A stretch of DNA of 64,000 bases from Desulfitobacterium chlororespirans DSM 11544 (GCF_900143285.1 NZ_FRDN01000012.1:74819-138818), one strand, 5' to 3'; numbered from the stretch's first letter, positions 39,155 to 49,239 are shown. Numbers and translations: made by a program. The notes: generated from the sequence alone by a model not told the origin.

Positions 39155-39811
39155 TTCATGGGGGCGAAGGATTTCCATGCGATCTTCATTAAGACGAAGG
39201 ACGCCTGATTTTTTCCACTGATTGAGGGTGCGGTTGACCAATTCCCGTGAAGTACCGATCATACTGGCTAAGTCCTTATTGGTCAGGGTGGCATCGTAGT
39301 AAATGGGCTCACCGGGTGATGAGGCCGGCTTAGCCATGCGCAGCAGCAGCATAGCCAAAATCCCCGCAGTGGACCGGCTGGTTAAGATCCGGATAAACTC
39401 TTGATTCATCCGCAAACGCATATTGAGTTTACGAATGAGAGCAACGGCCAGGCGGGGGTGATTTTCGAGAATCTTAACCATGCCCTGATTGGAAAGCACA
39501 AGGAGCGTGCTTTCTTTAAGTACTTCCGCCGTGGCCGGATAGGAACCCGGTTCCACCAGAAGAATTTCGGCAAGGCTGTCCCTGGGGCCGCACCAATCGA
39601 GGATTTGTTCATCCCCATTGGGCAAGGTCTTGCTGAGCTTGACTTGGCCTTCTAAGATAAAATAGACCTGGGAGCCGATCTCCCCTTCAATAAAAAGGAT
39701 CTGGCCTTTTCTGTATTTGCGGGTTTTAAATTGAGGCAGCAGCGGAAGCAAATCCTCATCCGCCAGAGACGAAAACAAAGTAAACTGCCTGAGAGTTCGT
39801 GGGTCAAGCAA
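39137..39811 (-). CDS. Crp/Fnr family transcriptional regulator
   Basis: cNMP-binding fold plus C-terminal HTH ...SRELVNRTLNQWKKSGVL. Confidence 0.85.
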   Translation of the reverse strand: MLDPRTLRQFTLFSSLADEDLLPLLPQFKTRKYRKGQILFIEGEIGSQVYFILEGQVKLSKTLPNGDEQILDWCGPRDSLAEILLVEPGSYPATAEVLKESTLLVLSNQGMVKILENHPRLAVALIRKLNMRLRMNQEFIRILTSRSTAGILAMLLLRMAKPASSPGEPIYYDATLTNKDLASMIGTSRELVNRTLNQWKKSGVLRLNEDRMEILRPHELADWP

Positions 39812-39963
39812 AGCGGATACCTCACTTTTGATTCAAATAAGATCTTCACATGATATCGCGACATCGAATACTAATAGTAGTAGATAGTTTCGTTAGTATT
39901 AGATAGCTTTGTTTAAAAAGCGGGGAAGGGATCTATAGCAAAAATTTTTAAAGGAGAGTTGAG

Positions 39964-40086
39964 ATGGAAAAATCAGAGAGCGTTCCCATCGAGGTTCAGT
40001 TTACGGCTAACTCACCTTTTAAAATCACCGCGTTGATCATTCAATTCCTGGTCATCGTCTTGATTATGGCATGTGGCAGTGTGTAA
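39964..40086 (+). CDS. Candidate 40-aa single-TM micro-protein
   Basis: RBS aaaggagag 5 nt before ATG; MEKSESVPIEVQFTANSPFKITALIIQFLVIVLIMACGSV. Confidence 0.35.
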   Translation: MEKSESVPIEVQFTANSPFKITALIIQFLVIVLIMACGSV

Positions 40087-40115
40087 GACTCTATCCGGAG
40101 GAAGGATAAGTAAGA

Positions 40116-40382
40116 TTAATGTGAAGGCGTATCCGCCACCTGCTTGGCAGCCAGAACAATAGCGGAAAGAACCCGGGTTTTGTCCGGCAAGGAATCCAAT
40201 TCCAAATGGGTAAGTATTTCCCCCCGGAGGGAAACACAGTACCTGCTCGGCAATTGATTTAAAGTAAGGGCTTTGATATCGGCCTGGCAGCGTTCACAAT
40301 CACAAGGTAGTTTGAATTTTTGCATATACTCTTTGAGGACATGCTGCACCACATCTTCGGTGTGGTTTTTTAATTCGTACAT
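40116..40382 (-). CDS. ComFB-family protein (late competence development protein ComFB-like)
   Basis: ~88 aa with a CDCERCQ Cys cluster and ..ALTLNQLPSRY motif. Confidence 0.6.
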   Translation of the reverse strand: MYELKNHTEDVVQHVLKEYMQKFKLPCDCERCQADIKALTLNQLPSRYCVSLRGEILTHLELDSLPDKTRVLSAIVLAAKQVADTPSH

Positions 40383-40590
40383 CTTTCTACCTCCCTAGTC
40401 AATGGTTCTATTCACTCTTATAATAGATGGAATTGAGTTTAGGCACAAGAGAATTTGCAAAATTCTTCTCAATCCATCCTGAGCCATTGCCAACACTATT
40501 TATTAATGAGAAAAATAAGGAAAAATGTACACCTGGAGAACAGTTTGGGGTAAAATACCACTGGGCCACATTGTGAAATGAGGGAAAGAT

Positions 40591-41574
40591 ATGCAAAAGG
40601 TTAAACTCATTGCCACCGGGGGGACGATTGCTATGCGCAAAGACTCCCAGGGCAAGACCGTGCCGGCGGTTACCGGACATGATCTTTTAGAAAGTATACC
40701 GGAATTGCGGGAATCAGCCTTTTGGGATGTGGAGGAATTCAGCAATCTTGCCAGTTGCAATTTTAATCCGGAGCGGATGCTGCAATTGGCACAGCGTGTG
40801 GAAGAGGCTTTCGCCGATCCCGACTGCCTGGGGATCATCATCACTCACGGAACGGATACCTTGGAGGAAACAGCTTATTTTCTGGAGCTTACAGTCAAAG
40901 ACAGCCGGCCGGTCATATTGACAGCCTCCCAAAGAGATGCTTCAGAGAGAGATTCCGATGGCCCCCGCAATTTACATAACTCCATGCGCATTGCCATGGA
41001 TCCCCACGCTAAGGAACGAGGGGTATTGATCGCTCTCAATGAAGAGATTCATGCCGCCAGGGATGTGCGGAAATTACACACCAGCCACGTGGATGCTTTT
41101 AGTTCCGGCGAAGTAGGTTCATTAGGAAGCATTGATCATGATGAGGTGTTATGGCATCGCAAACCTGAGCCCTCGGTAAAATTTGACCTCCCTGAAAAAC
41201 TGGCCAGGGTTACGATCTGCAAAGGCTATACCGGCATGGACGGAAGAATGCTGGAATGTATGGTGGATGCTCAAGTGGAGGGTATCGTCATCGAGGCCTT
41301 TGGCCGGGGAAATCTCCCTCCGGAGGTTATTCCTTCTATAGGGAGGATTACGGCAGAAAATATACCTGTGGTCATTACGTCACGTTGTTTATTTGGACGA
41401 ACTGCTCCTATCTACGGCTATCCCGGCGGCGGAGCAGAGCTTCAACGCCATGGGGCACTTTTTGCCGGAGATCTTTCCACAGAGAAGGTTCGTTTGCTTC
41501 TGAGTATAGCCCTGGGGCAGAACGTTTCCCAAACCCGGCTTAAAGAGATTTTGAGCCGCGGCGGGGTAAAGTAG
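40591..41574 (+). CDS. L-asparaginase
   Basis: KVKLIATGGTIAM threonine-triad N-terminus; HGTDTLEETA. Confidence 0.9.
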   Translation: MQKVKLIATGGTIAMRKDSQGKTVPAVTGHDLLESIPELRESAFWDVEEFSNLASCNFNPERMLQLAQRVEEAFADPDCLGIIITHGTDTLEETAYFLELTVKDSRPVILTASQRDASERDSDGPRNLHNSMRIAMDPHAKERGVLIALNEEIHAARDVRKLHTSHVDAFSSGEVGSLGSIDHDEVLWHRKPEPSVKFDLPEKLARVTICKGYTGMDGRMLECMVDAQVEGIVIEAFGRGNLPPEVIPSIGRITAENIPVVITSRCLFGRTAPIYGYPGGGAELQRHGALFAGDLSTEKVRLLLSIALGQNVSQTRLKEILSRGGVK

Positions 41575-41646
41575 ACAAGCCAAAGATAATCCATTACAAT
41601 CCTAATGAAGGATTGCGATAGAGGCTATGAAAGCGAGGAATTACTC

Positions 41647-42375
41647 ATGGATTTTTCCGGTAAAGATAAAGCTGCTTATGTACAGGATACATTTAATTCT
41701 ATTGCCAAACGCTATGATGTTATGAATACTCTCATGAGTTTCGGATTAGACAAGGGCTGGCGCAAAAAGGCCGTTCAGACTGTCGAAGCAAAACCTGGCA
41801 TGACTATGGTGGATATATGCTGCGGCACAGCTCAGCTCTCTTTGGAACTGGCTATGACTGTGGGAGAGCAAGGGCATATAACCGGCTTGGATTTCTCTGA
41901 AAATATGCTGGAAAAAGCTCAGGAGAATTTAGCGGATTCCCCTTATCGTTCTATCATTGAATTGCGGCAAGGCGATGCCATGAATCTGCCCTTTGCGGAT
42001 AACTCTTTCGACGGAGCTACGGTAGGCTGGGGGCTGCGCAATCTGCCTGATTTGGAAAAAGGGGTTCAGGAGATGATCCGCGTGGTCAAACCGGGCGGTA
42101 TGGTGGTTTCCTTGGATATGGCCAAGCCAACCATGCCGGGATTTAAGCAGGGGTATTGGCTCTATTTCAATAAACTCGTTCCCCTGATGGGAAAAATCTG
42201 GGCTGGAAAAGCCAAAGCCTATCAATACCTCCATGATTCTGCCGTAGAATTCCCGGCACAACAGGAGTTAGCCAATATCTTTGCTCGCTGCGGGTTGACA
42301 GAAACCCGCTATCAAAACCTTGCCGGTGGGGTAGTGGCTATTGTCAGTGGCCGAAAGCCCAAGTTTCCTGCATAA
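41647..42375 (+). CDS. ubiE: Demethylmenaquinone/ubiquinone C-methyltransferase
   Basis: YDVMNTLMSFGLDKGWRK, VDICCGT SAM motif. Confidence 0.85.
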   Translation: MDFSGKDKAAYVQDTFNSIAKRYDVMNTLMSFGLDKGWRKKAVQTVEAKPGMTMVDICCGTAQLSLELAMTVGEQGHITGLDFSENMLEKAQENLADSPYRSIIELRQGDAMNLPFADNSFDGATVGWGLRNLPDLEKGVQEMIRVVKPGGMVVSLDMAKPTMPGFKQGYWLYFNKLVPLMGKIWAGKAKAYQYLHDSAVEFPAQQELANIFARCGLTETRYQNLAGGVVAIVSGRKPKFPA

Positions 42376-42419
42376 AATTATGGTAAAATAGTAGTGATAA
42401 AATTGACGAGGTGATCAAG

Positions 42420-42815
42420 ATGGCGGAGTTAACAATAGGTGTCAAGGGAAGAGCGGAAAAAATCGTGGATCAAACCAATACGGCAAAAACTATGGGAAGC
42501 GGGTCATTGGATGTCTTCGCTACTCCGGCTTTAGTAGCGATGATGGAAGAAGCAGCAGTGAGTGCGCTGACATTGTCAGAAGAGCAAAGCAGCGTCGGTG
42601 TGTCTCTGGATATTAAACATACGGCAGCCACTCCTCTGGGCATGAAAGTGTGGGCTAATGCCGAACTAATAGAAGTCGATCGTCGTCGTTTGGTCTTTAA
42701 ACTGGAAGCATACGATGATCAAGAACTTATCGGTTCCGGAACCCATGAGCGTTTTATCATCGAGGTGGAAAAATTCATGACCAAGACCCAAGCCAAAAGC
42801 GGAGAACGGGAGTAA
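42420..42815 (+). CDS. Hotdog-fold thioesterase-like protein
   Basis: ATG 5 nt after gaggtga; 4HBT-like length and pattern. Confidence 0.5.
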   Translation: MAELTIGVKGRAEKIVDQTNTAKTMGSGSLDVFATPALVAMMEEAAVSALTLSEEQSSVGVSLDIKHTAATPLGMKVWANAELIEVDRRRLVFKLEAYDDQELIGSGTHERFIIEVEKFMTKTQAKSGERE

Positions 42816-42820
42816 TTGCT

Positions 42821-43450
42821 GTGGAAAGCTATGTTACAGTCTTCGAAAGTTCAACATGGGAGCAAGTCATTGAGAAATCCCGTTTTATTGGAGTTGTTCA
42901 CCCTGTGAAGAACGTAGAAGAGGTGGAGCAAAGACTTCATGATATCCGTCAAAATTACCCTAATGCCCGGCACTATGTTTATGCCTATCGTTTGTATCAA
43001 GGAAAACTGGAAAAATCCACCGACGACGGAGAGCCCCAGGGCACCGGTGGCCGACCGGTGCTTGACGTTTTGCAATATCGTCAGATCTGGGATGTACTCA
43101 TTGTGGTCATTCGGTATTTTGGAGGCGTTCTCCTTGGCGCGGGAGGATTGACACGAGCCTATGGAGGGACAGCACGCCAACTGATGGATAAGGCCTCCAT
43201 AGGGCGGTTGGTACCCCATCTTATCTATGAGATTGAAGCAGGCTATGATTGGTATGAACCGTTGAAATATTGGTTTAAACAGTTTTCCTGGGCCACCGGC
43301 GAGGAGGAATTTCTGGCTACGGTCAAGCTTCAAGTGTATATTCCCTGGGAGGAGAATCAGCGCTTTAGAGAGTGGCTGGCTGATTTTGCCGATCAGAAAA
43401 TTGTTCCCAGGGAAATAGGGAATACCTTGTGCCCGGAGCAATCAAATTAA
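42821..43450 (+). CDS. yigZ: IMPACT/YigZ family protein (UPF0029)
   Basis: DDGEPQGTGGRPVL signature. Confidence 0.85.
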   Translation: MESYVTVFESSTWEQVIEKSRFIGVVHPVKNVEEVEQRLHDIRQNYPNARHYVYAYRLYQGKLEKSTDDGEPQGTGGRPVLDVLQYRQIWDVLIVVIRYFGGVLLGAGGLTRAYGGTARQLMDKASIGRLVPHLIYEIEAGYDWYEPLKYWFKQFSWATGEEEFLATVKLQVYIPWEENQRFREWLADFADQKIVPREIGNTLCPEQSN

Positions 43451-43708
43451 TATTTGAGAGAAGGGGCCGCAGCTCAATGAACTTTAATATTCATGGGGCT
43501 GCGGTCTTTTTCCTCAAATTCCCAAACGTTTGGGAATTTGAGTCTGTACGAATCGTCAGACTATTTTTAATATAAGAAAAAAATAACTTTCACTTGTCAA
43601 TGCATTTGTTTTCACATATAATATAACTAAAGCTAGTGCATTAAATAACGAAGTTTAGATAGAACACCTTGTCACTACTTAAATAACCAAGTGGAGGAGG
43701 CTGAAATT

Positions 43709-43864
43709 ATGTTAGGTTGGATTGCGATGTTCATTCTGGGTGCGTTTTTATTAAGTTGCGGAGTGGCTGTTTTTGCATCTTGTCGTCAGATTTTTAATGT
43801 GACTTTTAATTCCTTTAATACCCCAAAAGGAACCAAAAAGTTTGTTAAGCCCGCACAAGCTTAA
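43709..43864 (+). CDS. Candidate 51-aa membrane micro-protein
   Basis: Strong RBS gtggaggagg; MLGWIAMFILGAFLLSCGVAVFASC...; followed by a terminator. Confidence 0.4.
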   Translation: MLGWIAMFILGAFLLSCGVAVFASCRQIFNVTFNSFNTPKGTKKFVKPAQA

Positions 43865-43886
43865 CTATCAATTGAAAAGATAGGCA

Positions 43887-43920
43887 TAGGCCGTCCCCCC
43901 CAAGGGACGGTCTATTTTTG
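43887..43920 (+). terminator. Intrinsic terminator (ggccgtccc-ccccaa-gggacggtc plus T5)
   Basis: Read directly from the sequence. Confidence 0.65.
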
Positions 43921-43993
43921 TTGCGCGCTCTCTGTCCTTGGGCGCATACTTCCTTTAACCTAGTGGTACATTAAGAGGATAAGGAGGAGAGCC

Positions 43994-45388
43994 ATGCTTA
44001 CTTTAGCTCATTGGGTATTCTTTTTCTTTATTCTCATGATTATCGTAACCTTATTCTTTCGTAAGCCCCCGATTCTTCCGGCAGCCATCGGCTTATTTGG
44101 AGTGGGACTGGCGGAAAGCCGCAATGGGATCGAGGCGGTTCAGATATCTTTTCGAGCCCTTATCCTGGCCACAAGCAATCTCCTCGGGGTCATTGTATTG
44201 ATTGGGCTGGTGGTCGCCCTTACCCAATTATTGCAAAAAACCAAAGCAGATCAAATTTTAGTGCGTCCTCTGCTGAAGATAAAATCCATGAGTTTGGCCT
44301 ATTGGGCGGTAGGGGTCACTATGTGGGTGTTAACCCTCTTGATCTGGCCGACTCCGGCCCTAACCCTTTTAGGTGCAGTTGTGGTGCCGATTCTGGGGAG
44401 AATTGGCATTCATCCTCTGGTGCTGGCAGCAAGCTTAGCCATCTTCGGCAAAGGTATAGGGCTGTCCGGTGATTTTATCATTCAAGGGGCCCCTTCCTTA
44501 GTGAGCAAAGCCACGGGAATTCCCGTAACGGTTCTGCTTTCAGCATCTTTTCCAGTGGTCATCTTGAGCGGAATCTGCGGAGCGGGTTTTGGCTATATCG
44601 CTTTAAGGTTTTTTTTAAGTGGGGAACAAGGGGCGGCAGATTACCCAAGGTCCGAACCCGGTTCTGAACCCTTAGAAAAGAAGGGCAAGGGTGGGGCAGA
44701 AGGACAGCAGGCTCCCCATGAACGTGGCCGGCTCTTGGCTGGAATAATGGCTTTAGGATATATAGGAACTGTCTTCATGATTCTAACATTTAAGATTCAT
44801 GGTGATGAAGCCAGCGGGTTAATTGGTGGGGTTACTCTGCTTATTTTATGCATTTGCACTGTGCTTACGGAGGGAAAGGACGCTTTCAGTCAATTTATTA
44901 ATTACATTAAGGACGGCTTGCGTTATGCTATGGGAGTATTTACTCCGATTGTGATGATGGCCGGTTTCTTTTTTATGGGAACAGCCGCGGGGAGTGAACA
45001 GATTTTTCTTAAAGAAGGAGCGGGTTTCTTTTATGATTATACGATCCTGCTTGCTGAATGGATCCCGCTCACTAAGTGGACGGTGGTTGGGCTGGTCACC
45101 TTTACTGCGGTCCTTGCTTCCTTGGATGGGTCCGGCTTTTCCTGTTTGCCTTTAGTGGGGGGAATGGCGATTGCCCTGAGTCAGGTTTCGCAAATACCTG
45201 CTGTTCCTTTAGCCGTTCTGGGCCAAGTGGTCGGGATCTGGACCGGTGCGGCATTAATACCCTGGGGATTTGCGGCGGTGACATCCGCAGTCGCAGGTGT
45301 GGATGTCCAACGGCTCATGAAATATATCCTGCCGGCTTATCTTGCCGCAATCCTCACGGCTCTGGGGTGGACTCTGTTTCAACTATGA
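43994..45388 (+). CDS. Polytopic membrane permease (ion-transporter superfamily, NhaC/YuiF-like?) with a central hydrophilic loop
   Basis: About 12 predicted TM segments; family assignment is tentative. Confidence 0.45.
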   Translation: MLTLAHWVFFFFILMIIVTLFFRKPPILPAAIGLFGVGLAESRNGIEAVQISFRALILATSNLLGVIVLIGLVVALTQLLQKTKADQILVRPLLKIKSMSLAYWAVGVTMWVLTLLIWPTPALTLLGAVVVPILGRIGIHPLVLAASLAIFGKGIGLSGDFIIQGAPSLVSKATGIPVTVLLSASFPVVILSGICGAGFGYIALRFFLSGEQGAADYPRSEPGSEPLEKKGKGGAEGQQAPHERGRLLAGIMALGYIGTVFMILTFKIHGDEASGLIGGVTLLILCICTVLTEGKDAFSQFINYIKDGLRYAMGVFTPIVMMAGFFFMGTAAGSEQIFLKEGAGFFYDYTILLAEWIPLTKWTVVGLVTFTAVLASLDGSGFSCLPLVGGMAIALSQVSQIPAVPLAVLGQVVGIWTGAALIPWGFAAVTSAVAGVDVQRLMKYILPAYLAAILTALGWTLFQL

Positions 45389-45455
45389 TTTAGGAACTGT
45401 ACAAAAGAGAAGGAGAAACTAGGTTTATGTCGAATATACGAGATAGTATAAGATA

Positions 45456-46466
45456 ATGAGGGGGGAGCAGAAGATTTCGTTATATTGGATAACAGTAATA
45501 CTTGTCAGTGCTCCCTTTATCCTAATCATGACTCGGATGGCCTATCGATTCAATTTAAAAAAATGGGAAGCTGCCTTGGTGTCTTTTTTGATGATCACCT
45601 TTGCTCTGGTTTTTCCCACTGTTCTTCGTTGTGAAAAAGTTCTTCATTGGCTCCTTGGCGTTTGCGGCCTTCTTTTGTTCACCGTGGGGATAACAGCCAT
45701 CAGAAACCGCTCACAACCTCCGCCTGAAAGCAGCATCGCTGTGGATGAACCGAAAGAAGAAGACGATGTATTCTGTCCGGACGAAGCTGCCATATCTCAC
45801 CAGGAGGAAGCTGCCATATCCTATCAGGAAGAAGATACGGTATCCCTTCCTTCGGAAGACGGCCCATCTGATCCGGTGGAAGAAAAGAGAGCCGACACAC
45901 CTGAGGTTCTGCTGCCGGAGCACGAGCAGGAAGCTGCTGAAGAAGCTGTTAAAGAAGAAGCCGGTGATGCTGAGCCTATGGAAATTCTCGATGAAGATGA
46001 ATCTGTGGAAACAGAGGCGAACTTATGCGAAGAGGCGAACTTACTTGAAGAAGTCACCAAGCTTGAAGAAATAAGGCCTGAGGAAAAGAGCATAAACGAT
46101 GAAATTCTCTCGGCCTCCGAGCCGGTTGAAGAAACTGAGCCCCCGCTTATACATATGAAGGAATTCAGCCTGCAAGAGTTAATTGAAAAAGGGTTTCAGG
46201 CCAAAGAACAGGAGCGTTTCCACCTGGCGGCGGAATGGTTTATGCTGGCCTTAGACCAAAAGCCATCCTATGATATCGCTTTTTACCTCATTGTGGAGAC
46301 CTGTGGGCATTGGAAGAATGGCTCCTCTATTTATGATGCGTTGGATAAGGTTACCCCTTATATCAATGAGTATATTCAAAATGCACCCCCGGAGTGGAGA
46401 ACCCAACTGTTGGAATGGCTGGACAATGAAAATCTACCTGTTCCAGGGGAATTTAGGAAGGATTGA
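45456..46466 (+). CDS. Membrane-anchored acidic protein with in-frame tandem repeats (EAAISHQE/EAAISYQE; EANLCE/EANLLE)
   Basis: Two N-terminal TM helices, then a Glu-rich low-complexity region; DNA tandem repeats 45783-45830 (2x24 bp) and 46015-46050 (2x18 bp). Confidence 0.5.
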   Translation: MRGEQKISLYWITVILVSAPFILIMTRMAYRFNLKKWEAALVSFLMITFALVFPTVLRCEKVLHWLLGVCGLLLFTVGITAIRNRSQPPPESSIAVDEPKEEDDVFCPDEAAISHQEEAAISYQEEDTVSLPSEDGPSDPVEEKRADTPEVLLPEHEQEAAEEAVKEEAGDAEPMEILDEDESVETEANLCEEANLLEEVTKLEEIRPEEKSINDEILSASEPVEETEPPLIHMKEFSLQELIEKGFQAKEQERFHLAAEWFMLALDQKPSYDIAFYLIVETCGHWKNGSSIYDALDKVTPYINEYIQNAPPEWRTQLLEWLDNENLPVPGEFRKD

Positions 46467-46474
46467 TTAAGTAG

Positions 46475-47281
46475 ATGAAGGCAAGTGTTGAAATCAAAGG
46501 TTTACGAATTATTAGTATATCAGAGGGAACACAAGTGGGGACGGTTAAGGATTTCATTTTAAACCCTCAAAAGGGAAGCTTGGATTTTTTTGTAGTGGAT
46601 CAGCCCTCTGATTATTTTGGAGCGAAAGTCATTGCTTATGCTGATATTGTTGGTTTAGGAGAATTTGCTTTGACTGTTCCTAATCCCGATGTGATTCAAA
46701 GTGTGGCAGGCAATAATGTGGCTCAGGAACTGATTAAACAAGGTGTAGAAGTCATCGGAACGAAAGTGCTGACCAAAAAAGGAGCATTGAGCGGCGAGGT
46801 TAAAGAGATCCTCATCGATGAAGAGACCGGAAAAATTGCCCAATGCCTGTTTACTGATAATCAAGGTGAAGAGCATCAGGTAGCCGGAGAGCAAATCATC
46901 ACTTACGGTAAGGAACTTTTAATTATCGAAGGAACCCCTGGTGAAATAAAGGCAGAAGTGGTAAGCGAACCTGTAAGCACTGTAAATGTTGTAAGTCCTG
47001 TAAGCTCTATAAGTGCTGATCCCGTGGAAGAGCAAGTGCCTCAGGCAATCGCTGCTCCAGTTGAAGAAACTGCGGCGGAACAACAAAATGAAGTAACGGA
47101 GTTTAACCTTTTTGAGCAGCGTCAATTACAGTATTTTGTGGGTAAAGCCGTAGTTCAGGATATTGTTTTAGATAATGGTGAACTTTTGCGCGCCGGTGAG
47201 CCTATGACTGAAGAGACGATCCGTCAGATTACCACGCGGAACAAATTAATGGAAATTACCTCATTACTCCATAAAAACTAA
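46475..47281 (+). CDS. Protein with two PRC-barrel domains
   Basis: GLRIISISEGTQVGTVKDFILNP.. and GKAVVQDIVLDNGELL.. PRC-barrel patterns. Confidence 0.6.
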   Translation: MKASVEIKGLRIISISEGTQVGTVKDFILNPQKGSLDFFVVDQPSDYFGAKVIAYADIVGLGEFALTVPNPDVIQSVAGNNVAQELIKQGVEVIGTKVLTKKGALSGEVKEILIDEETGKIAQCLFTDNQGEEHQVAGEQIITYGKELLIIEGTPGEIKAEVVSEPVSTVNVVSPVSSISADPVEEQVPQAIAAPVEETAAEQQNEVTEFNLFEQRQLQYFVGKAVVQDIVLDNGELLRAGEPMTEETIRQITTRNKLMEITSLLHKN

Positions 47282-47295
47282 GTTGTGGTTATGCT

Positions 47296-48417
47296 ATGTT
47301 AAGAAGGAAACCATGGGTCTTTCTTTTGGTAATTTTATTTAGTCAGCTTAGCTTGTCCGTACTTTTGGGAGCTACGGTAACCTACGGCGCGGGCTATGCC
47401 AAAGCGCCCGAGGGGCTGACGGTTTGGGAAAAAGATCTGAGTGGCATGACCAAGGAAGAGGCCTATGCAGTCCTTGCCGAAGTAATCCCCAAGGCAGTCG
47501 TCTATGACCGGACGGTTTATTCCTTGGAGCTAAACCAAACCGATCAAGATCTAAAGGACTATCTGGCAAGTCAATACATCATTTCCACCGGAAATGTCAT
47601 TACGGATGCCTTTGAGTACCTGCACAGAATGTCAAGGACTATCCCGTCTCCTGAGCTACTCAATCAAGAGGAGATTCTTGTTCAGCTCCGCAAGTTCGCC
47701 CTGGATATCGATCAGCCGGGTAAGGCGGCTGAAGCCTATTATGAGAATGGCGAGATCGTCATCGAAGAGGGCAGTTTGGGAGTCAGACTTGATGTGGACA
47801 AATCATGGGAACAACTGCAGCAAAGCAAAGGCATGGAGACTGTGCCGCTTGTTACTGAGGTCATAGTGGTTCACCCTACTACGGCCGAATTAGAGAAGGT
47901 CAAAGATCCTTTGGGGGATTACACCACCTATTTTAACCCTTCCTTTCATGAACGGGTTACCAATGTACGGCTTGCTGCTGAAGCGATCAATGGACTTATT
48001 CTTCCGCCGGGTGGTGAATTTTCCTTTAATGATACGGTGGGAAAACGTGAGCCTGAAAGAGGGTATTTACCGGCTTTAATGTATATGGGCAATAGGGTTG
48101 TCACAGATGATGGCGGAGGAATTTGCCAGGATTCGACCACTCTTTATCAAGCGACCAAACAGGCCAAGCTGGAAGTACTGGAAAGATACAGCCATTCTCT
48201 GCCGGTTTCCTATGTTCCGGTGGGGCAGGATGCTACGGTTGCTTATGGAGCGCTGGATTTCCGCTTTCGGAACACGACTCAGGGTTATCTGCTGCTTAAT
48301 GCGGCCACAGGGGGCAATTGGATTCGGGTGAGAATTTTCGGTGTGGCCGATTCTGAACACCCTGCCCTTGACGAACCGGACGGTTATCCTGTAAAACCCA
48401 GAGAATGGTTAAAGTAA
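47296..48417 (+). CDS. VanW-family protein (signal/TM anchor)
   Basis: VanW core GGGICQDSTTLYQA. Confidence 0.8.
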   Translation: MLRRKPWVFLLVILFSQLSLSVLLGATVTYGAGYAKAPEGLTVWEKDLSGMTKEEAYAVLAEVIPKAVVYDRTVYSLELNQTDQDLKDYLASQYIISTGNVITDAFEYLHRMSRTIPSPELLNQEEILVQLRKFALDIDQPGKAAEAYYENGEIVIEEGSLGVRLDVDKSWEQLQQSKGMETVPLVTEVIVVHPTTAELEKVKDPLGDYTTYFNPSFHERVTNVRLAAEAINGLILPPGGEFSFNDTVGKREPERGYLPALMYMGNRVVTDDGGGICQDSTTLYQATKQAKLEVLERYSHSLPVSYVPVGQDATVAYGALDFRFRNTTQGYLLLNAATGGNWIRVRIFGVADSEHPALDEPDGYPVKPREWLK

Positions 48418-48483
48418 TAAGCAATATAAAAGTTAATGATACAAAAGCCGCCCATTGTGAGCGGCTTTCATGTTTAGGTTCAA

Positions 48484-49239
48484 TTACCTGTAGTTTTCAA
48501 TCATGAGTTTCAGGGCAACCAGCAGAGACATGGTGATAAAGATGGGTTTAATCAGGGCGCTGCCTTTACGAATGGCCAGAGTGGTACCGATTCGGGAACC
48601 CAAAAACATGGATAAAGCCATCGGGATTCCGTAGGTATAAATGATCTTGCCGCTTAAAGCAAAGAGAATAAGCGAAACAAGGTTGCTCACGAAATTGAGG
48701 ACTTTGGCATTGGCTGAAGAGACGATAAAATTAAAGCCATAAAGGGTGATAAAGCCAAAGATTAGAAAAGAGCCGGTTCCCGGACCGAAAAATCCATCAT
48801 AAAAGCCCAGAGCAAAAGCAAATAGGAAGCCCAAAAACCGCTTTAAGGGCGTTACTCCTTGAAATCTATCCTCAAGCCCTAGATTCTTTTGCAATAAAGT
48901 GTAAAAACCTACTAAAAGAATCAAAACAGGAACGGCTTTGGTTAATAAATCAGCAGAAAGGTGCAGGACAGACCATACCCCAAAACAGGTTCCCATCAAC
49001 GTAAAAGGAATCTGCCATTTAACCACGGAAAAAAATACTTTTCCAGAGCGGGCATAAGTCATTGAGCTGGTCAAAGATCCTATGGTGGAGGCAAATTTAT
49101 TGGTTCCTAAGGCATGATGAGGAGGAACACCAACCAGCAGCAAAGCGGGGAGGCTGATTAATCCTCCGCCTCCGGCAATGGCGTCGATCAGGGCGGCTAT
49201 AAATCCGAGGATACAGAGCAGGATAATGTCGTCCAACAT
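48484..49239 (-). CDS. TauE/SafE family sulfite/anion exporter (DUF81)
   Basis: ATG after aagagg; ILGFIAALIDAIAGGGGLISLPALL. Confidence 0.8.
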   Translation of the reverse strand: MLDDIILLCILGFIAALIDAIAGGGGLISLPALLLVGVPPHHALGTNKFASTIGSLTSSMTYARSGKVFFSVVKWQIPFTLMGTCFGVWSVLHLSADLLTKAVPVLILLVGFYTLLQKNLGLEDRFQGVTPLKRFLGFLFAFALGFYDGFFGPGTGSFLIFGFITLYGFNFIVSSANAKVLNFVSNLVSLILFALSGKIIYTYGIPMALSMFLGSRIGTTLAIRKGSALIKPIFITMSLLVALKLMIENYR

